From Schmidtea polychroa (Eukaryota), in NCBI GenBank assembly GCA_044892525.1, contig CM097885.1, positions 4,590,001 to 4,650,000 of the forward strand: a DNA stretch of 60,000 nt, in the 5' to 3' direction. This document shows positions 13,417 to 24,371 of the stretch, in pieces. Each line of letters opens with the position of its first letter. Positions within the stretch are counted from its first letter, which is position 1. The notes below the pieces were generated by a model that did not search any database, was not told where the DNA came from, and saw nothing but the letters and a program-made list of their open reading frames with translations. The translations under genes were made by a program, and so were the position numbers.

Positions 13417-13803
13417 TTAAACATCAAATTTTTTATACAACAACCAAGCTAAACAATGTTGACCGCATGTTTGTGTCAATGGATTTTGAAACATAGTTTT
13501 ATTATATACAATAGGTTTCCCCATTGTTTGTAGTTTTGATACCAACAAAGCAGGGTAATAGAAACCCATTGGATCGAACACGAATATATTACTAGGTTTC
13601 ATATATATAGCAATCCAATGTTCTCCACCAAGATGAGACGATTGACTATTGACGATTATGGCTTGATTATTGCTCAAATATGGGATTTTTTCGAGAGGAA
13701 AAACTCCTACAAATTCATTTCCCAACATCTGTTTTCCAATTCTATTGACCTGAACAGAACTACTTTAATAAATCCTGAGTATCAAAAAAAAAACTTACTC
13801 CAT
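13417..13803 (-). CDS. Adenain-like cysteine protease of element A (5-nt first exon, 39-nt intron)
   Basis: GEHWIA, FDPMG, QNPLTQTCGQHC catalytic motifs; ATGGA|GTAAG...TAG|TTCT gives MDSVQVNRIGKQMLG. Confidence 0.88.
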
Positions 13804-13830
13804 GACAACTTTTTATATTTCTGTATACAT

Positions 13831-15053
13831 TTATACTAGCACGGTTCTATTTGCAGTAATTTGAACTTCATTTTCAAATACTCCATATATTATAACATTT
13901 ACTGGTTCAGTAATGGCCTTTGCAAACTTTATATCCAGTCGTAAATTTCCGTTTTGTGGTAATTGACTCTGATTTAAATCAAAATCGGGGGCTAAAACAA
14001 ATGTAAAAAATGGGTATTTGCTTTTAAAATCTTCAAGAGTTATTCCGCAATTCAAATTTTTATCTAAATAACCTAGATTTCTAACAATACTCTGCATATA
14101 TGTCGCACAGTAATTATCATTCTCGAAATCTTGAGTATATGTTTCTCTATAATCAGTATTTTTCGACAAAGTCAATGAAGTAACACCAAAGTTTTTGAAA
14201 ATTGAGCTGGAAGCAATATAAGACCCATTATATTGCGTTTCACTTTGAAATGTTACCAGAATAAAATTAGGCATTCTTCTGTCACCAAATATTTGTTCTT
14301 TATAGAATGATGAAGCACCTTTAGCAATAGCAAATTGTACAATTTCCTTTGTTTTTAAAGGATAAATTGCATGTTTTGAATAAAGACCCAATTGATGACC
14401 AGCTAATACTGACGGGTCTACTCGAACTCTTCTCACCAATAATTTTGCATCAGCTAATTGACATATTGGTGCACCAGTTACACTAGTAAGAGATAATGCA
14501 GAATCGGGCCTTTTCAATCTAATATGTACATTAACTCCCGGTAGTAAATATTTCGGTTGATCCATAAAATCAAGTTGTAATGATGAGCACATAGTGAATA
14601 CTTTTGAACCTTTAACCCACTTTTTTCTTTCATCATCTGTTGCTGCATAACCCATAGATGTAAGACAGGTATTTTTAGTATCGGAATTGTAATTTAAAAT
14701 AGTTTCTATCAAAGCCTTGTGAATGAATGTATTATTTCCGCCCTCAATCTTGATATTATTAAATCCCAACACTGCATCTTTAAACAGAGTATGAAACATG
14801 AAATTGTTTGGTAATACATCTGCATTGGCATCCAAAACTTTTCTATCTTTATCTACAACTTTGATCTGAACAGTCAATAAAGTATCGTTCAAATCTAAAT
14901 ATTCAGTTTGCGAACCATTAATATAAAACTCGATATCATTTCTACTATCAGTAATTAAATTCATAGGAAAACTTCCTCAAAGGCACCAAATTCTATAACA
15001 GCCTGAGGCGATGGTCTATCAAATATACATAATTCAGATTTACCACAAATCAT
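13831..15053 (-). CDS. Major capsid protein (double jelly roll) of element A, 1 frameshift near N-terminus
   Basis: MICGKSELCIFDRPSPQ start at 15053, frameshift ~14965, then YLDLNDTLL, QPKYLLPGV, GNLRLDIKFA; homologous to 47674-48897. Confidence 0.88.
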
Positions 15054-15412
15054 TTTGCAAATATAGTTCCATATCCTTTCATTCGTTTGTTTATACGCGA
15101 TATTCCATGTCCTTTACGTTTTGGAGCTTGGGCTGGAGGCGTATCTTTTTGAAACATACCAGCAACTCCAAGTAGAACCTTCCCTAACTCCGCTAAAGCA
15201 TTTGTTTTTAGAGATGGTAATATTTTCTGCTCATTCATAATCACATCTTTAGCAGTTTTCATGCCAAAACTACCAATACGTTTAGGAATAGGTAGGGCAA
15301 ATCTACCAATTGTTTTTAACCAACCTGATTCGTACTGTTTACCAATAAAATATGGTAATTCACCGCCAGATTGGCTATCACTATACATACTAATAATATC
15401 GGAATTAGCCAT
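15050..15412 (-). CDS. Small Polinton virion/core protein (QxGG motif, amphipathic N-terminus, basic C-terminus)
   Basis: SQSGG..KQYESGWLKTIGRFALP; syntenic homolog at 48894-49292. Confidence 0.65.
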   Translation of the reverse strand: MANSDIISMYSDSQSGGELPYFIGKQYESGWLKTIGRFALPIPKRIGSFGMKTAKDVIMNEQKILPSLKTNALAELGKVLLGVAGMFQKDTPPAQAPKRKGHGISRINKRMKGYGTIFAK

Positions 15413-16421
15413 CTACTTTACGAAAATGTAATGTCAAATGAGTTTTTGAGTCTTTTGGGAAGTTTATAAGTTTTCCACTATCGTCACGAATATTTATTTC
15501 TATATTGTTTATACATGAGCTTGAAATTGGTAAATACATAGGATTATCTATATTTATATTGACAACTTCATCATGTTCGTATTTTCCAATCCATACAGAT
15601 TTCAATAGAGGAACACTGGAATCACCAACTATTATAAGCTCAATAATATTAGTATATATGAACATTTGTTGATGATGTTCAAGTATTCTTGGTTTACGTA
15701 TACCAGCCGATTTTTCCCGATATTGCTGCTTCTCTAATCCAAGTGTATTTGTCAAATTTTTATCAAATGTAACTTCGCAAATGTCATCATTCAAACTGAA
15801 GGTAAATAACAATTCTTTCACAATGTCCAAACTTTTAAATATGTGTGAACAATTGAACTTTAAATATTTAAGTAATACATCAAGTTTATCAATATATAAT
15901 TCCTCAGCGAAGGTGAATGATTTTTCAACTTCATTATTATACGACACTGATATTTTGATTTCTTCTTTCATTACACTGTTTGCTTCATATAGATCAAAGC
16001 GTAATAAGTATTCTGTTTCCATAACTTCATTTTTCAACTTATTGCAACCCATTCGTCTGGCATCTTCAATATATTCGAATGTTATTGTAAATGGTTTAAA
16101 ATCACAACTGATATTTAATCCATCCTTGTAAAACATAGAGCAATGCGGATCTAATATTTGATTCGGAATATGATATGTTTTATCATAATTACTGATAATA
16201 AAGATACCACTACATGTTTTCATAACATTCCTTTTGAAATCAATCTTACATTGACTATAAAATGGGAATGTATTGTACACGAATGTAAAGTCTTGCAGTG
16301 CAACTTCCCAGTCACCATTTAAAGAAATCGAATTCTGGAGATTGACCATGAATTTACTGGCTTGATTATCTGGATGAATAAGCGGGCAACTATTGCTTGG
16401 CAAAATAGTATAAAAATTCAC
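15405..16421 (-). CDS. Minor capsid protein (penton) of element A
   Basis: FYTILPSNS, WEVAL, FIYTNIIE..IVGD...PLL, IEINIRDDSG..LTLHFRK; ORF track start at 16472 overlaps the integrase end. Confidence 0.85.
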   Translation of the reverse strand: MNFYTILPSNSCPLIHPDNQASKFMVNLQNSISLNGDWEVALQDFTFVYNTFPFYSQCKIDFKRNVMKTCSGIFIISNYDKTYHIPNQILDPHCSMFYKDGLNISCDFKPFTITFEYIEDARRMGCNKLKNEVMETEYLLRFDLYEANSVMKEEIKISVSYNNEVEKSFTFAEELYIDKLDVLLKYLKFNCSHIFKSLDIVKELLFTFSLNDDICEVTFDKNLTNTLGLEKQQYREKSAGIRKPRILEHHQQMFIYTNIIELIIVGDSSVPLLKSVWIGKYEHDEVVNINIDNPMYLPISSSCINNIEINIRDDSGKLINFPKDSKTHLTLHFRKVDG

Positions 16422-17467
16422 TTTACTAGGTCCTTTTCTGATATCCATGATGGGTTTTGATAACCATCCCATTTGACATAGTATTGTTTATCCTTGCCGA
16501 CCTTTTTAGTTTTCAATATCTTCTGAATTCTAAATACTTTTGGAGGAGGAAAACTTGTAATTCTTGTTCATAAAATTTTCCTTGTACAATATTGTTATCA
16601 TTGTCTTTGATGACATACATTACAGGATTCTGTTTAGTATTTATTTTTGAAATTACAAAGACTTCATCACTCCAATTCGTATCGGAATTTTTAATAAATG
16701 GTGATGCACTAATTTTACTAATTCTAACATGGTCACCTACTTTATATTTCGGTTTTGTAATATTTAGAATAGATTGTTTTTGACGTGATATCAATCGGCC
16801 TTAATCCATTCAGTCCTTGATGTGATGAGTGATTATAACTGGTTATTATTTTTGGTAAAACCAATACCCATTTTTTATTACCTTGATGCACAAATAATTT
16901 CTTTAATCTATCTCTCAAAGTTCGGTTAAATCTTTCAACATGAGCAGCTTTGTATTGAGAATGTACTGAGTAATGGTTTATTTTCAATTTATATAGGATT
17001 TGCTTGACTTTACTGTTGTAGAATTCTTAACCTAAAATAATAATAATAATAATAATAATAAAAATAATAATATTAATACCTAAATCAGTTTGCAAGTTTT
17101 TAGGATGTCCATCTTTAAATAAGTGATGAACAGCTTTGGACATTTCATCTGCAGATTTTGCCTTGACGGGTATTGCTCGGGCAAACCGACTGAATACATC
17201 AATACATGTTAAAATATATTTATACCCATTGTTAATTTTCGAATAGGGTATCATCTCCATCAAATCCATTTGCCATAAATCATTTATTCCATATGTTTTA
17301 TATGCTCTTGTTGGGAATCGTTTCTGCATTGGTTTGTTCAAACTTTACGCAAGCTGGTCTGATAACCACTTCTGGGTTTCCTTTTTCGAATTTGGAACTC
17401 TTTTCCTTAATTTTGCCACTCCACCAAAACCGGCTTCGTCTTCCGGGTTCGTCCAAATCTTCTCCAT
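16418..17467 (-). pseudogene. Retroviral-like integrase with C-terminal chromodomain, 48-nt intron, nonsense/frameshift lesions
   Basis: LWQMDL, CIDVFSRFA, LQTDLG|intron 17032-17079|G*EFYN, VERFNRTL, KYKVGDHVRI, GKFYEQELQ, YYVKWDGYQNPSWI. Confidence 0.9.
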
Positions 17468-17528
17468 TACAACAAGAAGATTTAATATTAAATTTAATGT
17501 CTGGTAATGAAGGATTAGCACCCATTGT

Positions 17529-18023
17529 TTATGATCGACGTCCTATTATTCCACCTAATAATGATATTGCTAAAGGTATCAATGCACCGATAAATCCCCC
17601 TTGTTGTTTATATATAATTTTTCTCATTTGTTGACGATTTTTATTATTTACTAATGATAGCAAAGGTTTCCTATGTTTACTCAATAATTGCTTTTTAGAT
17701 TTACTGATTTTAATCTTGCTTTTGACTACTTTAAGTATAATATCGAGTAAATCATCGACAACATAATTTGGAAATGATTGCAAAATACTGTTTCTTTTCA
17801 TACTTGGTGCCTTTAACAATGTATTGAAAAACGGGAAACTCCGATGATTTTTAACAACTTTTACTTTCTTAGTGGTTTTACTTTTAGGTTTAGGTTTAGG
17901 ATTTTTCGAAATAAGATTCATTGCAGGAAAATTTTCTGTAATAAGTTCTTTAGATAGAGTATAACTAGTTGTTGGTGGAACTTTTGGTTGTTTTTTACCC
18001 GATATCCTTGTTTTTGAAAACAT
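17529..18023 (-). CDS. Basic protein ending in QQGG + hydrophobic tail (Polinton core/membrane-lytic type)
   Basis: Lys-rich 164 aa ending KQQGGFIGALIPLAISLLGGIIGRRS. Confidence 0.6.
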   Translation of the reverse strand: MFSKTRISGKKQPKVPPTTSYTLSKELITENFPAMNLISKNPKPKPKSKTTKKVKVVKNHRSFPFFNTLLKAPSMKRNSILQSFPNYVVDDLLDIILKVVKSKIKISKSKKQLLSKHRKPLLSLVNNKNRQQMRKIIYKQQGGFIGALIPLAISLLGGIIGRRS

Positions 18024-18036
18024 GATTTATATGTTT

Positions 18037-18674
18037 TCAACTTTGTTTTGAACTTTGTTTATATACCAAGGCACCTTTTGGATTGAAAATATCTGTTTTT
18101 ACGCGTATATCATCAGGACATTGTTGTGTGAAATCGAGAAATATATACCCATGCGGTATTTTCGTAGCATCTTGAAATGCATTGATAAGAAAATTACGGT
18201 TATTAGGGTATGCTTGTCGTCCAAGAAAATCAATGACAGTTGCATCTCTAGGATTCTTGAAAATAACTAAATATTGTACATTTAAATTACGTGTTTGATG
18301 TGCACCACCTTGATGAAATAGATTTGTGTTATGAAAATAACTGTTACACCGACATGTCTGCTGATTTTTGTGAATAAATTATTAAAATCCTTTTCTTTAT
18401 TGGCTTCTTGATACAAATCATCGATAATGATGACATCATCTTTCTTCAAACGACTTGACCAGTTTTTATCAAAACCATTTACTATTTTCATGTTTTTCAA
18501 CTGACAGAAACTTGATTGCGTCAATCCATGTTCTTCGTCGGCGCCCCTATGCCAATAAATATTGTTGAATTTTGTTTTAAACAAATTTGATTTTAGTAAT
18601 TTACAAACAAATAAAGTTTTCCCGCTACCACTTGGACCAACGATTTGGTATACTGCATCATTTCGTAATTCCAT
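18037..18674 (-). pseudogene. A32/FtsK-like packaging ATPase of element A, frameshifted
   Basis: GPSGSGKT, IIIDDL, ISRH, ITQ; after the frameshift, LNVQYLVIFKNPRD...PHGYIFLDF. Confidence 0.88.
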
Positions 18675-18778
18675 TTTTTAAATTTAAACAATATAATTAT
18701 TGTTTATATTGTTAATTTAAATGAACTCTGTTTTTAAATAGCTATATATATCGGAGTTTTTATAATTATTTCATTAAA

Positions 18779-19232
18779 ATGCTTTCAAATATAAATTACA
18801 GGGCAAAACTGATGTATCAAAAATGGTATTTCTAATAGGGAAACCACAACAACTTATCAATAGAAGTAATAAATATCCGATAATATATTTCAAAACTGGT
18901 AAATGTAGAATTATGGGGTGTAAGGAAATAATCAAAGCTAGTGAATACAATGTTTATGATTTAGAAATACAATCGATAACCGTAACTTCTGATATAGGTT
19001 TTTAAATAAATTAGCTAAATTAATACCATGCTTTTATGAACCAGAATTATTTCCAGCTTTGAGATATATAAAATATAACCCTATGTGTGTAAATATATTC
19101 GCTAATGGTAAGGTAGTAATTCTTGGAATAAAAAATATTGATTACAAATGTATAGTTGATAATATCATATCTGAAATTAAATCAATAATTGAAGGAAAAG
19201 AATTTTTAGATTTTTTATTATCACTTAATTAA
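18779..19232 (+). pseudogene. TATA-binding-protein-like gene (two TBP repeats), frameshifted
   Basis: IIYFKTGKCRIMGCK ... LEIQSITVTSDIGF / FYEPELFPALRYIKYNPMCVNIFANGKVVILGIK, matching TBP IFSSGKMVCTGAK and YEPELFPGL..IFVSGKVVLTGAK. Confidence 0.78.
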
Positions 19233-19352
19233 TTATTTATCATTGCAATATCAATTCAATTAAAACAAAAACATGCTGCAATCTGATTGGATGATAAACA
19301 ATAGTCATAGGTATAAAAACCCTGCACCATTTCATTTTAATCATAATTCACA

Positions 19353-19772
19353 ATGACCAAGAAAATTTCAAGCACAGAAAAACCAAAAGTAGTTCCAGAA
19401 CTTGTAAAACCTGTTCAAATGTTCCACAACTATAAAATGTATTTTTTAAAAGAAGAAATCAATATGAAATTGGTGTCACCGATCAAGCTAATTCCTACCC
19501 AATTTCAATTCTTAACCGGCACGCTTTCGATGTTAGATATTAAAACCATAGATGATGTTTTCAAAAGGTTGAATACGAATCTATCATGCAATCAAAATGC
19601 ATTTTTCAACAACCGATATGCAAAATTTTATGATTCCTTTGATGAAATCAGTTTCAAAGAAAACGAAAATTGGTATATAACAATTGCAATCCAAGGATAT
19701 AAAGTTGATAATAATGATGTGTATTCTCCAATTTGGAAAATTATGTCTGCTAGACTTTCACAGTTATTTTAA
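19353..19772 (+). CDS. Conserved 139-aa Polinton protein (possible OB-fold SSB)
   Basis: Homolog at 45501-45932 shares KP.Q...Y.MY.LK and I.IQG.K......PIWKI. Confidence 0.65.
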   Translation: MTKKISSTEKPKVVPELVKPVQMFHNYKMYFLKEEINMKLVSPIKLIPTQFQFLTGTLSMLDIKTIDDVFKRLNTNLSCNQNAFFNNRYAKFYDSFDEISFKENENWYITIAIQGYKVDNNDVYSPIWKIMSARLSQLF

Positions 19773-19875
19773 TAAATGTTGTTGTATTTAATAAATGTAT
19801 TTAGTTATATTTGTTTTCGCTTATATTCTATATTTTCTATAAACAAATATATACTATAGTTTTAAAATACTAATA

Positions 19876-20234
19876 ATGACTACAGAAAAAGGTTAATATG
19901 ATTAGTTAATTATCAAATTATTTAATATTTAGAATTTATAATAAACTTTTTATTGGAAAAATTAGCAGAAATATCTGGTGTAAAAATGGATGATATATTA
20001 TCTGTTGCAAACGCATTAAATATAGTCTGGGTAGCAGAGAGTGAAGATTCGGGATTTGATGAAACAGATGAAGAAAACACTCAAGATGATGAGGAAAGCA
20101 TTCAAGAAATTGATGAACCTATGGAGGAATTTACGGATACTGAACCGTGCGTATATAGGGATTGTATAGATCATGTTGTTGAAAATGTTATGAACTGTGG
20201 AGATGATGAATGTGAATGTGTTAATAAATTTTAG
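19876..20234 (+). CDS. Spliced acidic, Cys-containing ~105-aa protein
   Basis: ATG 19876, 41-nt GT-AG intron 19892-19932, in frame with ORF 19953-20234; stop at the TIR edge. Confidence 0.55.
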
Positions 20235-21339
20235 TGTATATTTAAAGAATAATATTTAGAATTTCTTTGTTAAAGTTTTGTCTTGAATATTTTTAGTAGT
20301 AACTTTGTGAACAGTATCCATGTGACTTGTTGAGTGTGAGTAGTACTCTGGTGAGCAGTACCTTTGTGAGCAATACCCATAGGGGGACAGAATATTTTGT
20401 CGGATAAACTCAGAGTATATATAATAATAATCATAATAATAATAATAGTAATAATAATAATATTTTTAAAAAATAATATGACCTTGAAAAAAAATGAATG
20501 ACCTTGAAAAAAAATGACCTTAAAAATTTAAATGACCTTGAAAAAAATTAATGACCTTGAAAAAATAAATGACCTTGAAAAATTAAATGACATTGAAAAA
20601 AAATTAAATGACCTTGAAAAATTAAATGACCTTGATGAGTCATCACGGTGAGTCACATGACCTTGGGAATGACCTTAGGAATGACCTTGACCTTGAAAAA
20701 AATAAATGACCTTGGCCTTGACCTTGAAGAATTAAATAAATGACCTTGAAAAAACAAATGACCTTGACCTTGAAAAAATAATAAATGACCTTGAAAAATT
20801 AAATGACCTTGAAAAAATAAATGACCTTGAAAATTAAATGGCCTTGAAAAAATAAATGACCTTGAAAAATTAAATGACCTTGATGAGTCATCACGGTGAG
20901 TCATGTGGCCTTGGGAATGACCTTGACCTTGAAAAAATTTAATGACCTTGAAAAAAATAAATGACCTTGACCTTGACATTGAAAAAAAATAAATGACCTT
21001 GAAAATGATTTTTGGTAAAACGTTAACAATTTTGCCAATAATAATAATAATAATAATATCTATATATCAATAGATAGATCTTGCACAGGGCTTTAAAATA
21101 AGCTATCGATTAATAAATTCGGATAATGGGAACAAAACCTTTGGGCAAACGAAAACCATGTGCCCGCTGGATCACTAATATTATTTTGAAAAATAATAAT
21201 AATAATAATAATAATATGACCTTGAAAATGATTTTTGGTAAAATGTTAATAACTTTGCCAATATTAATGATGATGATACCTTCTATGGCTCAATCAAAAG
21301 GTCGTAGACTAAGCTTCAAAATAAGCTATCGATTAATAA
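20233..21339 (-). repeat. Right inverted arm of element A (TGACCTTGA arrays), truncated
   Basis: AGTGTATATTTAAAGAAT... mirrors 7049 backwards; ORF 21126-21446 mirrors ORF 6331-6618. Confidence 0.85.
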
Positions 21340-21592
21340 TAATATTTAAATTTTTAAAACTTTTTTTTAATAGAAGATTATGTAAATATATTCAAAAAAA
21401 TATAAAAATTCATTTAATGTCATTTCAAGCGGAATATTGCATATAATAATAATTATTTATTTAATACTTTTATATTCCTATTACATTTTTGTCAATTTTA
21501 AAATATTTTTAATTTAATTAACTAAATAAAATTATTTTTATATTAAAAATTTTGTTTAAATAAGATCAAATGCGTCTATAATTTTTACACCA

Positions 21593-22207
21593 ATGTTCAG
21601 TAATTATAACCTAACTCCGGATTCTCAATCACATTCAAATGTATCAGGACGCTCAACGGACCACAATTTGCGGTCAACAGCAAGCTTCGTAAGTTATCGA
21701 AGCTTTACGCCAAGTAGCTATGGAACTGAGTCGTCGAATGGTAACATTACTCCATTCAATCATCTTTCACAACAACAACTTGATGCCAGTCTTTCCAAAA
21801 TTTCAAATTCGCCTGTCAGTCAAGGCATCTTGAAGTCTTCTCCTTATTCTTACAATAATTTATTGAACTATTCATCAACTTCTAATGATTCCTTTTCAGA
21901 AAGTGGTCAGGAAGTGGCTACTTCTGTCAATTGCTCACCAGAACTGACTGACTTGGCCATTACTGAAGAACGACATATTGTACAAAATGAACCTTCTCAA
22001 TCTCTTCAAACTATCCAGCATCCTCAAATATATGACTTTCGTAAATTCCTTCAAACCTTGAATAGTAATCGCAATCATATAATTGAGAGTATCAAACATG
22101 TTATCAAAGACATAGGGAACCAACTTACGTACTCTAAAACCGAAAGCACTAACGATTCATTTGACCATTATGAACATATCATGACCATTCTTAATTATTA
22201 TGGTTAG
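21593..22207 (+). CDS. Ser-rich 204-aa ORF of unknown function, partial degenerate copy at ~22540-22760
   Basis: Open frame; GGAACTGAGTCGTCGAATGGTAACATTAC repeated at ~21722 and ~22621. Confidence 0.35.
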   Translation: MFSNYNLTPDSQSHSNVSGRSTDHNLRSTASFVSYRSFTPSSYGTESSNGNITPFNHLSQQQLDASLSKISNSPVSQGILKSSPYSYNNLLNYSSTSNDSFSESGQEVATSVNCSPELTDLAITEERHIVQNEPSQSLQTIQHPQIYDFRKFLQTLNSNRNHIIESIKHVIKDIGNQLTYSKTESTNDSFDHYEHIMTILNYYG

Positions 22208-22869
22208 ACGTCGTCCGAAGTCTAGCAAACAAGCTATTTTCCTGTCCTTTTATATTCAGGAATACAATCTGTATTCTTGGATGTTCTGTTTCGCTTGGTG
22301 ATATATCCGGATTCATTGTTGTAAATATAAATATCAGCGTTCTATTATTTATTTATGATTAATTTATTTGTATTTTTTGGGCATCTTTTAAGGGAATTTC
22401 ACCTATTTTATATTGTTGCATTTGTATCCGTTTCATTATTTGCCATCTGAACATATCTTTTCCTTGAAATCGATTTACACATTGAAATTTCTTTTGCACC
22501 ACTCCAGACAGCCCCAACAATTCTATAGCCAATCAAAATGGATTAGAACACTCAACGGACCGCAATTCGCGATCAACATCAAGCTTTGAAAGTTCTCAAA
22601 GTTTAACGTCAAGTAGCTCTGGAACTGAGTCGTCGAATGGTAACATTACCCAACTCAATCATCTTCTACTGCAACAACTTGAGTTCCGAATTCTAGCGTA
22701 AATCAAGGCAGCTTTAAGGGTTTTCTTCTTATTCTTACATTCGGCAACTTCCAATGGCTCCTATTTGATCCCAAAATTATTTTTTAAATATATTTAATTG
22801 AAAAACAAACAACATAAAATCCCACCACGTGCCATAGATTGCCGACCCCTAGGCTACAACTTCACAAAA

Positions 22870-23270
22870 GAAACAAATTTATAATTGTGATGAAACCGCC
22901 TTGAATTGGCTAATGCTGCGCACAAAACATTTGCTGGTATATCAGAAGTATCAAAACCAATGTATAAACGTAACTTTGTAGTAATTTAGTGGGCTTCATT
23001 AACTAAAACTTCTCGTAATAGGTAAATCTATGCTTCAACGCACTTTAGAGGAATTTATGTACACTGACTGTCCATTATATATAGAAACCAGAAAAGTACA
23101 TGGATATATCCTGAAGTTTGCCCTGACTGGTCCTTTAATGCATTTGTGGCATCTGCTAATGGCATAATAGGTCAATATGATATAGTCAATTTGTTAGATG
23201 TTTGATGTGAATCATGGAAGGAAATAAAAATTACCATTTTTGATGAATTCGTGAAATAAAATGTTTGGTA
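22870..23270 (+). mobile_element. pogo/Tigger-type DDE transposase remnant
   Basis: QIYNCDETALNW and RNQKSTWI fragments; heavily decayed. Confidence 0.55.
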
Positions 23271-23271
23271 C

Positions 23272-23494
23272 AGGTGAGAGCGAGAGTGAGGGTTGAGTGA
23301 GAGTGAGGGTGATAGTGAGGGTGATGGTGAGGGTGAGGATGACGGTTAGATGAGAGTGAAGGTGATGGTGATGGTGATGGTGATGGTGAGGGGAAGGTGA
23401 TGGTGAGGGTGAGGGTTAGGTGAGAGTGAAGGTGATGGTGATGGTGATGGTGAGGGTGAGGGTGAAGGTTAGGTGAGAGTGAAGCTGAAGGTGA
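23272..23494. repeat. G-rich GGTGA(G/T) hexamer repeat
   Basis: Direct reading. Confidence 0.85.
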
Positions 23495-24371
23495 TTAAAA
23501 AAACCAATCCTCTTAACTGATTTTATTCAAAAATCCAAAAAATATTTGACACCGAATTTCCTTGCGACAAAGGTATTTTGAATAAATATAATTGTTTTTG
23601 TTCTCGAATTGTCTAATCAGTATGTTTTATGTAATCATTGTACTAAATAATGAAATTTTCGCCCTTAAATAATAAATATATTATATTCCATTCCATAACT
23701 ACTCCCTGTTCCATTACCTCATTAGTCGGAAAGATGACCGAAAACTTAAAAGAGTATTGGTTTGTAGTATTCCATTACGTCTTGCAGTCTGACAATATGT
23801 TCAGTTCTGTTTTCTCGTACGTTTGCTCGTCTATATCCTCAGCATATCTTTGTAGAATGCTTTCCTGATAAGAGAAGTCTTCAAAGGTGTCACAAATTGT
23901 CGTACAGATTCTTTTGTATGACAAATAGTAGGTCTCATAACAAAGGCAGCAGTCTGAAGTTACCGTATCAGAATGATAATTGTCATCATGAATTAAATTT
24001 TTTTATATTCACATTGTTTCGATAATCTAATGGTATACATTTATGCATAATATATGTTTAAGTATTATGTATTGTGTGTGTATTATAGGAAATTTGTGAG
24101 AGCCTAGCAGAGTCTCCTTTAAAACTTGTTTTGTTACTTTTAGTGTATTTTGCTTGTTTATTCCATTATTAGCCTTTTATTATTTTCTAGTTTTGTTTCT
24201 ATTATTCCTTCTCTTTGACGATTTCTATTTTCAAATTTTTAATTTGGTTTCTTTAGTTTATTTTTTGATTATTTTATTGATTTCAATTTTCGTTATTTAT
24301 TTTTACATTTCTCATCATATACAATGAATATATACATAAATATACAATGATAAAAATACAAAACATACACA

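Larger units (their letters stand above)
4300..21339 (-). mobile_element. Polinton/Maverick element A (decayed; outer termini unresolved)
   Basis: Long inverted arms (inner edges 7049 and 20233) enclose pPolB, protease, MCP, penton, integrase and ATPase genes. Right arm breaks off at ~21339; no TSD found. Confidence 0.9.

Noticed and set aside
23272..23494. Interstitial telomere
   Set aside because: Mostly GGTGAG/GGTGAT with only isolated GGTTAG units; no TTAGGG array
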